Positions 1 through 9,200 of a stretch of DNA of 64,000 bases are shown here, one piece after another. The number at the start of each line of letters is the position of its first letter. Within the stretch, counting starts at the first letter, position 1. The translations under genes and the position numbers were made by a program. The stretch is from Rickettsiales bacterium. GTDB lineage: Bacteria > Pseudomonadota > Alphaproteobacteria > Rickettsiales > UBA6187. A model generated the notes under the pieces. It searched no databases. It was not told the DNA's origin and saw only the letters and a list, made by a program, of their open reading frames with translations. The stretch is from assembly GCA_028223895.1 (NCBI GenBank), contig JAOIVE010000003.1:5537-69536 (forward strand), written 5' to 3'.

Positions 1-207
1 CCCAAATCAGGAATATATTCACGAATAGGGCGCAAAACCGGCTCAGTAAGGCGATATAGCACTTCAGATACCTTGCTTACAACCATATTATGAGTGTTTA
101 TAACCCTAAAGCTTATAAGCCAGCTCATAATAATCCATATTATCAATATCCAGCTATATATTCCCAATATACTTGATATAAGTTCGATAAAAGGGTTTAT
201 ATTCATA
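1..207 (-). CDS. YggT family membrane protein, C-terminal part cut by window edge
   Basis: Not in the ORF track. My reverse-strand translation from ATG at 207..205 gives MNINPFIELISSILGIYSWILIIWIIMSWLISFRVINTHNMVVSKVSEVLYRLTEPVLRPIREYIPDLG. A hydrophobic helix plus the LTEPvLrPiR..iP motif is typical of YggT. Confidence 0.6.
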
Positions 208-501
208 ATCTCCACATCCTTTCATGGTATCATAAGCGAAAAAATCACTCAATGAAAAAATATTATGTCATATAAGATTTTGCAGGCTAGCATATATTTA
301 TTGCCTCGTCGATTAAGAAAAATATCTTGATAGGAGCATATTTTTAAAAAAATTATGCAATAATGGTCTGAAACTTGAGATATATATAATATTTTGTACA
401 TATATGTTTAAATCTTTACTTGCATTGCATAAAAAAATATGTATTTTCGTCTCTCACTTTAATGTGTTGTTTTGTCAAAAGATATATAGATAAGAGGTTT
501 T

Positions 502-837
502 ATGGCTCTTTACGAGAGTACTTTCATCGTTCGTCAGGATGTTTCCCCGCAAGAGGTAGACAAGGTGACAGAGAATTTTGAAAAAGTTTTGGGCAAGTTT
601 AAAGCCAAGTTGGTTAGAAAAGAATTTTGGGGTCTTCGTAGCCTTGCTTATAAGGTTAAAAAATGTAAGAAGGGTTATTATACAATGTTGTGTGTTGATG
701 CTTCTGCAGAAGCTATTGACGAATTGCAGCGTCAATATAAGCTTAGCGAGGATGTTATTCGCAGTTTAACTGTTAAGGTTGAAGAGTTCGATAAGGAGCC
801 TAGCGCTCTGGTTAAGGGTAGCGACTCTAAAAAATAA
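502..837 (+). CDS. rpsF: 30S ribosomal protein S6
   Basis: MALYESTFIVRQD...FWGLRSLAYKVKK signature. AAGAGG RBS upstream. First gene of the conserved rpsF-rpsR-rplI cluster. Confidence 0.95.
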   Translation: MALYESTFIVRQDVSPQEVDKVTENFEKVLGKFKAKLVRKEFWGLRSLAYKVKKCKKGYYTMLCVDASAEAIDELQRQYKLSEDVIRSLTVKVEEFDKEPSALVKGSDSKK

Positions 838-855
838 ATTTAAGGAATAAGCTAA

Positions 856-1110
856 ATGTCACATGAAAAATCATCAGTTCCAATTGTACGCAATGTTTTC
901 TTTCGTCGTAACAGAGGTTGTCCTTTGTCTGGAGAAGGTGCTCCTAAGGTAGATTACAAAAATACAGAGTTGTTGTTGCGTTTTGTATCTGAGCGTGGAC
1001 GTATTGTACCAAGTCGTATTTCAACTGTATCGGCTAAGATGCAGCGTAAACTTGCAAAGGCTGTTAAACGCTCTCGCGCTATTGCCTTGCTACCTTTTAT
1101 TGCCCAGTAG
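856..1110 (+). CDS. rpsR: 30S ribosomal protein S18
   Basis: [60 protein letters not shown] matches the S18 core. Confidence 0.95.
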   Translation: MSHEKSSVPIVRNVFFRRNRGCPLSGEGAPKVDYKNTELLLRFVSERGRIVPSRISTVSAKMQRKLAKAVKRSRAIALLPFIAQ

Positions 1111-1154
1111 ATTAAATAAAGGCTTTTTTAGCCAATAGAATTAAGGATTATAAG

Positions 1155-1760
1155 ATGGAAGTTATTTTGTTAGAAAAAGTTGAAAAATTGGGTGCTGTGG
1201 GTGACGTAGTTTCTGTGAAGAATGGTTTTGGCCGCAATTTTTTGATACCTCGCAAGAAAGCTCTTCGTGCAACTAATGAAAATAAAGCTTTTTTTGAAAA
1301 GCAGCGTTCAGAAATTGAAAAAGAAAATGCTGAAAAGCTTAAAGTAGCTGAAAAACTTGCAAAAGATGTTTCTGAAAAGTTTTTTATAATTAACTGTCAG
1401 GCTGGTGAAGATGGACGTTTGTTCGGTTCTGTAGCTGCTCGTGATATTGCAAAAGTTATATCTGATACTGGTGTTAAAGTTTCTCGCAGTCAGATTACTC
1501 TTGATAAGCCGATAAAATATACAGGTATTAACCTTGCAAGAATAGCACTTCATCCTGAAGTTATTGTTACAGCATACATTAATGTTGCTCGTACAGAAGG
1601 TGAAGCTGAGGAGGCTAAAAAAGAATTTTTAAACCCTACTAAGAAAGAAGAAGTTGCCGCGTCTCCTGTAGAGAGTGAAGAAGTTGCTGCAAAAGAAGAT
1701 TCTTCTGAAGAAGTAAAAGCTGATGATAAGTCTGCTGAGTCTTCTCAATCTGATAAATAG
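1155..1760 (+). CDS. rplI: 50S ribosomal protein L9, with an acidic C-terminal tail of about 50 aa
   Basis: MEVILLEKVEKLGAVGDVVSVKNGFGRNFLIPRKKAL is the L9 N-domain. The tail is Glu/Ser/Lys-rich. Confidence 0.93.
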   Translation: MEVILLEKVEKLGAVGDVVSVKNGFGRNFLIPRKKALRATNENKAFFEKQRSEIEKENAEKLKVAEKLAKDVSEKFFIINCQAGEDGRLFGSVAARDIAKVISDTGVKVSRSQITLDKPIKYTGINLARIALHPEVIVTAYINVARTEGEAEEAKKEFLNPTKKEEVAASPVESEEVAAKEDSSEEVKADDKSAESSQSDK

Positions 1761-1782
1761 TTTATCTTAATTATATGTAGAA

Positions 1783-1822
1783 AAAACTTAGATATGTATT
1801 TTATATATCTAAGTTTTCTTCT
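1783..1822 (+). terminator. Rho-independent terminator candidate after rplI
   Basis: AAAACTTAGATAT (1783-1795) pairs with ATATCTAAGTTTT (1805-1817) and is followed by a T-rich tract. Confidence 0.5.
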
Positions 1823-2140
1823 TTACTGATAAATATAAAATTTATAAGAAATAATTAGCACTTATTTAAAGAGGTCGGACTTTTATTTAGTTCGGCTTTT
1901 TTAATTATATCTATATGTTAAATAATATAGTTTATGAGTTTTCTTTGATATTTATCTAAGCTGGATTATCATTTAGTTTCTATAGCACTGATAATATTAG
2001 TTAAATTGTAGTTTTGTGCATATTAAAGTGCTATAATTTGAAAAATTTTGCCTAAGCGATGTCAAAACATAAATGCTACTTGAAAAAAGAGCTAATCACG
2101 TTTAAAAGGTTCTGAAAATTAATAAAAACGGAAAATCAGC

Positions 2141-3583
2141 ATGAAAACACCCTTTGATGACTCTTTAAAAGAGGAATGTGGAGTTTTTGGAATTTATGGG
2201 AGTGAAGATTCAGCTGCTCATACGGCATTAGGTTTGCACGCTTTACAGCATAGAGGGCAGGAGGCTGCTGGTGTCGTTACTTATGATAGTGGAAGGTTTT
2301 ATAGTCATAAGGCTCTGGGTCATGTTGGTGATAATTTTAATTCTGAAAAAGTAATAGAGAGTCTGCAAGGTGATTGCGCTATTGGGCATGTGAGATACTC
2401 AACGTCAGGCGATAAGCATGATCGTAATATACAGCCGGTTTTTGCAGAGTTTAGTTTCGGTGGAATGGCAATAGCTCACAATGGAAATCTTACAAATTCG
2501 CAAACTTTGAGAAAGCAGCTTATCCATGATGGGGCTATATTTCAGTCAACTATGGATACTGAAATTTTTATTCATCTGATTGCAAAATGTAATAGTGGTA
2601 AGGTTGTTGATCGTTTTAAAGAGGCGCTAAAACAGGCGCAAGGGGCTTATTCTCTGGTGGCTCTAACGCAAAAAAAATTGATAGCTGCAAGAGATCCGCT
2701 CGGTGTTCGTCCTTTGGTATTAGGAAGGCTTGGCAAATCTTATATAGTAGCGTCTGAGAGCTGTGCTTTTGATATCATAGGAGCTACTTATGTACGTGAT
2801 ATAGAACCCGGAGAGGTTATTGTAATTGATAAAGATGGGTTGAGCAGTTCAAGATTATTTGAAGAAAAAAAACAACGTTTTTGTGTTTTTGAATATATAT
2901 ATTTTGCTCGTCCGGATAGTTTTGTTGAAGGGAAGTCAGTTTACGACATAAGAAAAAGAATTGGTGCTGAGCTTGCAAAAGAAGGCTCTGTAAAGGCTGA
3001 TGTTGTGGTGCCTGTACCCGATTCTGGAGTTCCTGCAGCTTTAGGTTATGCAGAAGAGGCAAAATTGCCATTTGAATTTGGAATTATTAGAAATCACTAT
3101 GTAGGCAGAACATTTATTCAGCCTTCGGATGCTGTGCGTCATTTGGGAGTTAAGCTGAAACATAATTCTAATATGTCGGTTCTGAAGGACAAAAAAGTTA
3201 TTCTTGTAGATGATAGCATTGTGCGTGGTACTACATCCAAGAAGATAGTCTCAATGGTGCGTGAGGCCGGTGCAAAAGAAGTGCATATGCGCATAGCAAG
3301 CCCACCAACGACCGATCCATGTTTTTATGGAGTTGATACTCCAAGCAAAGAAAATCTCATCGCTGCTAATTATAGTGTAGAAGAAATTGCGGATATTATT
3401 GGCGCTGACAGCCTGGAATTTATATCAATTGATGGCTTATATCGAGCAACTGGCGAGAAGGGGAGGGATGATAAATCTCCAAAATATTGTGATGCCTGCT
3501 TTACAAATGATTATCCTTTGGAAGTTTTAGATAAAAAAGGCGGCGCTGTATCTTTATTTACAGAAACGCGCAAAGAAAGCTAA
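2141..3583 (+). CDS. purF: amidophosphoribosyltransferase
   Basis: Ntn-type ECGVFGIYG start, PRPP loop VILVDDSIVRGTTS, and C-terminal Cys motifs (DPCFYGVD, YCDACF). Confidence 0.95.
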   Translation: MKTPFDDSLKEECGVFGIYGSEDSAAHTALGLHALQHRGQEAAGVVTYDSGRFYSHKALGHVGDNFNSEKVIESLQGDCAIGHVRYSTSGDKHDRNIQPVFAEFSFGGMAIAHNGNLTNSQTLRKQLIHDGAIFQSTMDTEIFIHLIAKCNSGKVVDRFKEALKQAQGAYSLVALTQKKLIAARDPLGVRPLVLGRLGKSYIVASESCAFDIIGATYVRDIEPGEVIVIDKDGLSSSRLFEEKKQRFCVFEYIYFARPDSFVEGKSVYDIRKRIGAELAKEGSVKADVVVPVPDSGVPAALGYAEEAKLPFEFGIIRNHYVGRTFIQPSDAVRHLGVKLKHNSNMSVLKDKKVILVDDSIVRGTTSKKIVSMVREAGAKEVHMRIASPPTTDPCFYGVDTPSKENLIAANYSVEEIADIIGADSLEFISIDGLYRATGEKGRDDKSPKYCDACFTNDYPLEVLDKKGGAVSLFTETRKES

Positions 3584-3587
3584 AAAT

Positions 3588-4307
3588 ATGGGTAAAAAAT
3601 TACTTGAAGGAAAAATTGCAGTTGTAACTGGTGCTTCAAGAGGTATAGGTGCGGCAATATGTAAGCGTTATGCTAAAGAAGGCGCGCATGTGGTTATGGT
3701 TGCCCGCAGCGTCAATGAGATGGAATCTGTAGATGATGAAATTCAGGAAATAGGAGGTTCGGCAACTATTGTTCCTCTTGATTTGCAGGATTTTGACAAA
3801 ATTGATCAGCTTGGTGCTGGCCTTATGGAGCGTTTTGGCAAAATAGATATATTGGTTGGCAATGCCGGTGTATTGGGTGGTTTATCTCCAATTGATCATA
3901 TTGATCCAAAAATATGGCAAAATATTTTTGATGTAAATGTAACTGCAAATTATCGTTTGCTGCGTAGTTTGACTCCGCTTTTAAAGCAATCTGATGCTGG
4001 AAGGGCGTTATTTGTCAGTTCTGATGTTGCGCGAGGTGTTGTTCTGCATTGGGGAGCATATGCAGCAAGTAAAGCGGCGTTAGAAAAAATGGTAGAAATA
4101 TATGCAGCTGAAAATGAACATACAAATATTCGTGCCGCAATTGTCGATCCGGGTGCTGTTGCAACGGCGATGATGAATATATGGGCGCCGGGTGCTGATC
4201 AGGAAAAATTGACAAAGCCTGATGAAATAACGGATATATTTGTTGAATTATTACTTGAAGATAGCGATATAGAAGAGGGTGGTGTTTTCTACGCACAAAA
4301 TGGTTAA
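3588..4307 (+). CDS. SDR family oxidoreductase
   Basis: TGASRGIG Rossmann motif and YAASKAAL catalytic motif. Starts 5 nt after purF. Confidence 0.85.
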   Translation: MGKKLLEGKIAVVTGASRGIGAAICKRYAKEGAHVVMVARSVNEMESVDDEIQEIGGSATIVPLDLQDFDKIDQLGAGLMERFGKIDILVGNAGVLGGLSPIDHIDPKIWQNIFDVNVTANYRLLRSLTPLLKQSDAGRALFVSSDVARGVVLHWGAYAASKAALEKMVEIYAAENEHTNIRAAIVDPGAVATAMMNIWAPGADQEKLTKPDEITDIFVELLLEDSDIEEGGVFYAQNG

Positions 4308-4380
4308 GTCGTGGCTTGTACACATAAATCCAAAATCTTGATAGGCTCTGTTTTTATTGTTCGTAACCTTTATTCAAAAC

Positions 4381-4926
4381 TTAACTACGAACTCTACCTT
4401 GTGAAGATGCTCTTGATCCTGGTGTAAAATTTTCTGCGAAAGTTTCGGTAGGTTTAAAAGAATCCGCTTTTTCATTATCGGTAGCTGGAAATTTTTTTGC
4501 CCCAAATTTCTCAAGAATTCCTATAACATCAGTAATATTATTTCTTATAGCAAAGTCCAGTGGAGTTTCTTGAGTTAATGTTTTTTCTTCTTCTTCATCG
4601 TCATCTAGGGTTATGCTATCAAAATTTAATGGTCTATTTATATCTGCTCCTTTTTCAACAAGAGTTCTTATAACTTCAATTGTACCTTTGAGTTTATCAC
4701 CATTTTCTTGATTATCGCCAGATGCTTTTACTAATAATAGATGTAATGGCGTAAAGCCTGATATTTCTTTGTCTAAATCTTCTTGCTCTTCTTTTATAAT
4801 TCTTTTTGCTTCTTCATATTTACGATTTATAATGTTGTAATGTAGTGGACTTGATTTAATCTTTAAAATAACGTCACCAGATTTAGACATATTTTTAGCC
4901 CCTATATTTAAATCTTTTATTAACAC
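4381..4926 (-). CDS. ankyrin-repeat protein (small, orphan)
   Basis: TPLHLLL...LVEKGADIN and TPLDFAIRNNITDVIGILEKFGA are ankyrin units. The start may be the internal MSKSGD. Confidence 0.7.
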   Translation of the reverse strand: MLIKDLNIGAKNMSKSGDVILKIKSSPLHYNIINRKYEEAKRIIKEEQEDLDKEISGFTPLHLLLVKASGDNQENGDKLKGTIEVIRTLVEKGADINRPLNFDSITLDDDEEEEKTLTQETPLDFAIRNNITDVIGILEKFGAKKFPATDNEKADSFKPTETFAENFTPGSRASSQGRVRS

Positions 4927-5072
4927 CCAGGAATAACTTCTGACATATTTTTTAATATGAAGATATAAAATTTTAAATATTTTATTATAACTTAATTTAT
5001 ATTTTAGGGGTGTGGTGCAGTTATGAAACTAAAAATTTTGTATCGTTATAAGTGGTTAAAATCCTTATATCT

Positions 5073-6215
5073 TTAGCGCTGGTTTGTTGATTTATTAGGT
5101 TTGAAAGAGTGCTCCTCTGTGGGCCATCTTCGTGCTATTACTTTTAATAAATGTTCTGGCAATGCTTGCGTATCTAAAATATCTTTTATGGTTGGCTTAA
5201 CTCTTTCAAATTTATAATCTGTTGCTGCGTTTTCTGTCTTAACTTTCGTACCTAATAAAAAGCTAAACTTTTGGCCATCAGCATATTCAGAAACTTCTTT
5301 ATTAATAATATTTGCAGCTAAAAACAACAAGGATGCAGGGTTCTTACAAGGCTTTAGTTCATGGCTCATGTTTTCAGATGATAGCACAATTTGCACCATA
5401 GGATAAAAATGCGATTTTTTTCCAATATTTCCGCCATTATTTGCAGCTTCTGTCTTTAATGCTTTTTTTACATGTTCTGGATTTAAAATAGTGTTTTTCT
5501 CTTTAGGATTTTTCTCTTTAGAATCTTTCTTTACTACACAAACGTTATTAATCATTTCTTCAAAAACTGTTTTACCAAGATTTTGTTCAATAAGGTTTAA
5601 TTGTTCTTGTGTAACTATAATGCCGCTAATAAGTTCTGCATTTTCAAGTAAAATTGGCAATATTTTATTTTCAAAATTGTCAAATTTAATATTAAGAAAG
5701 TTTTTTGCTCCATTTTCTATAAGTTTTCTTCTTATATTTTCACCGTTGGCATTTAGACTATTATTGTCAAGTGGTGTTGAATTACTATTGTCGATAATAT
5801 TTACATCAGCGCCATTATCAATAAGTTTTAAGGCAATTTCTTCTTGGCAAAAAAAAGCAGCCCAATGTAAAGGAGATTCTTTGTATAGGTTTAAGGCATT
5901 TACGTTAGCCCCGTTTTCTATTAATAGTGTTGAAATTTCTTCGTTACCTTTTTTAACTGCAATATAAAGTGGTGTCTCCCACATTTTTCCACAAATTAAA
6001 TTTACATCAGCTCCGTTTTCTATCAGGATTTTTACAATTCTCGTATTGCCTTTTAAAACAGCCTTATAAAGTAAGGTGTTATTATTGAGATCTTTATAAT
6101 CCAGATTCACACCTTCAATCAGGTTCTCATTAAATTTTTCGATATTATCTTCTTCTATATTTTTAAATAATTCTTTTATAGCAGATAAAAACACATTACT
6201 TTGGGTGGTAGTCAT
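5073..6215 (-). CDS. ankyrin-repeat protein
   Basis: At least four consecutive units of the form (N)TLLYKAVLKGNTRIVKILIENGADVN, followed by a non-repeat C-terminal half. Confidence 0.8.
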   Translation of the reverse strand: MTTTQSNVFLSAIKELFKNIEEDNIEKFNENLIEGVNLDYKDLNNNTLLYKAVLKGNTRIVKILIENGADVNLICGKMWETPLYIAVKKGNEEISTLLIENGANVNALNLYKESPLHWAAFFCQEEIALKLIDNGADVNIIDNSNSTPLDNNSLNANGENIRRKLIENGAKNFLNIKFDNFENKILPILLENAELISGIIVTQEQLNLIEQNLGKTVFEEMINNVCVVKKDSKEKNPKEKNTILNPEHVKKALKTEAANNGGNIGKKSHFYPMVQIVLSSENMSHELKPCKNPASLLFLAANIINKEVSEYADGQKFSFLLGTKVKTENAATDYKFERVKPTIKDILDTQALPEHLLKVIARRWPTEEHSFKPNKSTNQR

Positions 6216-6243
6216 AATTTAATCTTATAGTTAATTTAAAAGG

Positions 6244-9200
6244 TTAAGAGGCAATATTTATTATATTTTCCAATGACTTGCGCGTTCCTTTTAGTCGCTC
6301 GTCTGAAGAGTTGTATTCTTTAAAAATTACTAATTTCTGATCTCCACGTAATTTGGTAGTAAGTGGATTTTTGGTGATATAGGTAATTAAAGCTTCAGGA
6401 TTCTTAAACTTATCATTATGAAATTTTAAAGTAATTCCTTTTGGTCCTGCATCAATTTTTTCAACTCCGGCTTTAATGCATAAAATTTTAATTTTCATGA
6501 TTTCAAGTAAGTTATGTAGTGGTTCTGGTAATGCACCAAAGCGATCAACCAGCTCAACGGCAATTTCTTCTACATCATCATTTTCCTGTAAATTAGCAAT
6601 ACGGCGATATAGACCCATGCGCAGTTGCAGGTCGGAAACATAATCTTCAGGAATCATAACCGATATGCCCATATTTATATTAGGGCTGAAACTTTCATCA
6701 GATTCATCATCGCCAGTTGATTCTGCTTTTGCCCGCTCAATTGCTTCTTTTAGCATCGCCTGATAAAGTTCAACGCCAACTTCCTTTATTTGCCCTGATT
6801 GCTCATCTCCTACAAGATTACCAAATCCACGAATATCCATATCGTGACTGGCAAGGGTAAAGCCAGCGCCAAGTGAATCAAGATTTTGCATAATCTCTAA
6901 TCGTTTCATAGCAATTTCACCGGGTATGCGCTTTGGAGGAGTGGTCAAATATGCATAAGCTCGGACTTTTGACCGACCAACGCGACCACGCATTTGGTAT
7001 AATTGAGACAGGCCAAACATATCAGCACGATAAACAATTATGGTATTTGCCATAGGTAAATCTATACCAGAGCCGACAATATTAGTTGATAGCAGTACAT
7101 CATAATGACCATCATAAAAATCATTCATTGTCTGATCCAACTCATTAGGAGTGAGCTGCCCATGGGCGCGGGTTAATTTTACTTCAGGTACTAATTTTGC
7201 AAGTTTTTCATGCACCTCATCGAGATCTTTAATACGAGGAACTACAAAAAACGTCCGTCCTCCACGATAAAATTCCCGCAAAATTGCATTGCGGATAACT
7301 ACCGGATCAAATGGCATTGTATATGTGCGAATTGCAAGGCGATCAACTGGCGGTGTGGCGATCAGGCTTAAATCTTTAATGCCGCTAAGAGACATTTGCA
7401 ATGTACGTGGTATTGGAGTAGCTGATAAGGTTAATATGTGAATATTTGAACGCATCTGCTTAAAGCGTTCTTTTTGGGCTACACCAAATTGCTGTTCTTC
7501 ATCAATGATTACCAGACCCAAATCCTTAAACTCAATAGATTTTGCCAGCAGAGCATGTGTGCCAATAACAATATCAACTTTACCTTCTTTAAGACCGGAT
7601 TTTGTTTCTTTTGCTGATTTTGCAGATGTTAAACGACATAACATTCGCACCTCAAATGGCATGCCAGCAAAACGCTCTTTGAATGTTTTATAATGTTGGC
7701 GGCATAATAGGGTAGTTGGGGCAATAAGAGCAACCTGCTTGTGTTCGCCATCACTTGCTGCAATAAATGCTGCGCGCAGCGCAACTTCAGTTTTTCCAAA
7801 TCCAACATCACCGCAGATAAGTCGATCCATAGGTTTGCCTGAGGAGAGATCTTGCGCAACCTCTTCAATGCAACGCAATTGATCGTCAGTTTCGGCATAT
7901 GCAAAGCGAGAGCAAAATTCTTCATATAAACCTTCCATAGGACGCATTGGCTGACCTTTACGAAGAGCGCGAGCTGCTGCGGTTTTAAGTAAATCTTCAG
8001 CAATAATTTTAATGCGTTTTTTAAGGCTAGCTTTGCGTGATTGCCATGATGTATGACCTAATTTATCAAGTTTTGCCGTTTCATTATCTGATCCATAGCG
8101 TGAAAGAACGTCAATATTTTCTACAGGAACATATAATTTATCGCCATTTGCATAAATGATACGCAGGCAGTCATGGTTTTCACCAGATATATTAAGTGTT
8201 TCAAGTTCTTCAAAGCGTCCAATTCCATGATCTTTATGAACAACAAGCTCGCCTTTTGACAGGCTGGATACTTCCTGTAGGAAATTATCACTACGCTTTG
8301 ATTTAGCTTTTTTGCGACCAAGGCGCGTGCCAAGCAGATCCTGCTCAGAAATAAGAATGAAATCAGGATGTTCAAAGCCATGTTCAATATCAAGAATTAC
8401 AAGGCCAATAACATTTTCAGATAATTTTTTTATTCCCGACCATTTATCAATAAACTGCCCGACATAATCATGTTCTTTTAATATGGATTTAATCCGCTCG
8501 CGCGAGCCAACAGAATAACAGCTTATAAGGATTGGGCGTTTGTCATTTTTATTATGAGTAACAAAATTCATCAGATAGTCGCCAAAAATTTCAACTGCGT
8601 TAACGCGGGTTGCTTTTGACTGGACAGAAAAATCCGGCACTGATTTTAAGGGGAGGGAGTTAACATGAGCATTTTCAATGAGCTGGTTATCTCTTTGACC
8701 CCTCACCCCAACCCTCTCCCCAAAGAGGGAGAGGGAGTTAGAGCTGTAATTTTCAACCCTCTCCCCAGAGGGGGAGAGGGGGTTAGAGTAGTTATTTTCA
8801 ACCCTCTCCCCAAAGAGGGAGAGGGAGTTAGAGCTGTAATTTTCAACCCTTCCTTTTTCTATTCCCTCTCCCTCTTTGGGGAGAGGGTTAGGGTGAGGGG
8901 TATTTCCTGAAATCTGGTGAGGGGTATTTTTTAAAACACTTTGAATATTTTCCAGAACCCCTTCTAAATTCTCGATAACCTGATTATTCCAGAAGCGAAT
9001 AACTCTATAGCCCTTAGACTCTAAAAATTTAGTTCTTTTTTTATCATGCTCTTTTTGCTCAGCATGCTGACCACCATCAAGTTCAATAATAAGTTTTTTA
9101 TCCAAACATACGAAATCAACTATATATTTTTCTATATCATGTTGCCTGCGAAACTTATATCCGCCAAATCTGCGGCCTCTTAGCTCACTCCATAATTTTT

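Noticed and set aside
1600-1760. The acidic extension of about 50 aa on ribosomal protein L9. The C-terminal extensions on BamB and CvpA are similar cases.
   Set aside because: These are low-complexity tails on otherwise normal housekeeping proteins. I see no repeat structure or mobile signature, so I judged them lineage-specific drift rather than a system.
7505-8393. Antisense or alternative-frame ORFs inside mfd (7505..7693, 7629..8003, 8121..8393). Analogous shadow ORFs sit inside other conserved genes, for example 5491..5967, 39868..40248, 40492..40980, 44397..44723, 45961..46281, 50211..50591 and 63006..63335.
   Set aside because: Each is fully embedded in a gene with strong family signatures. 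They have low-complexity or odd composition and no RBS, as expected for chance ORFs in AT-rich DNA.
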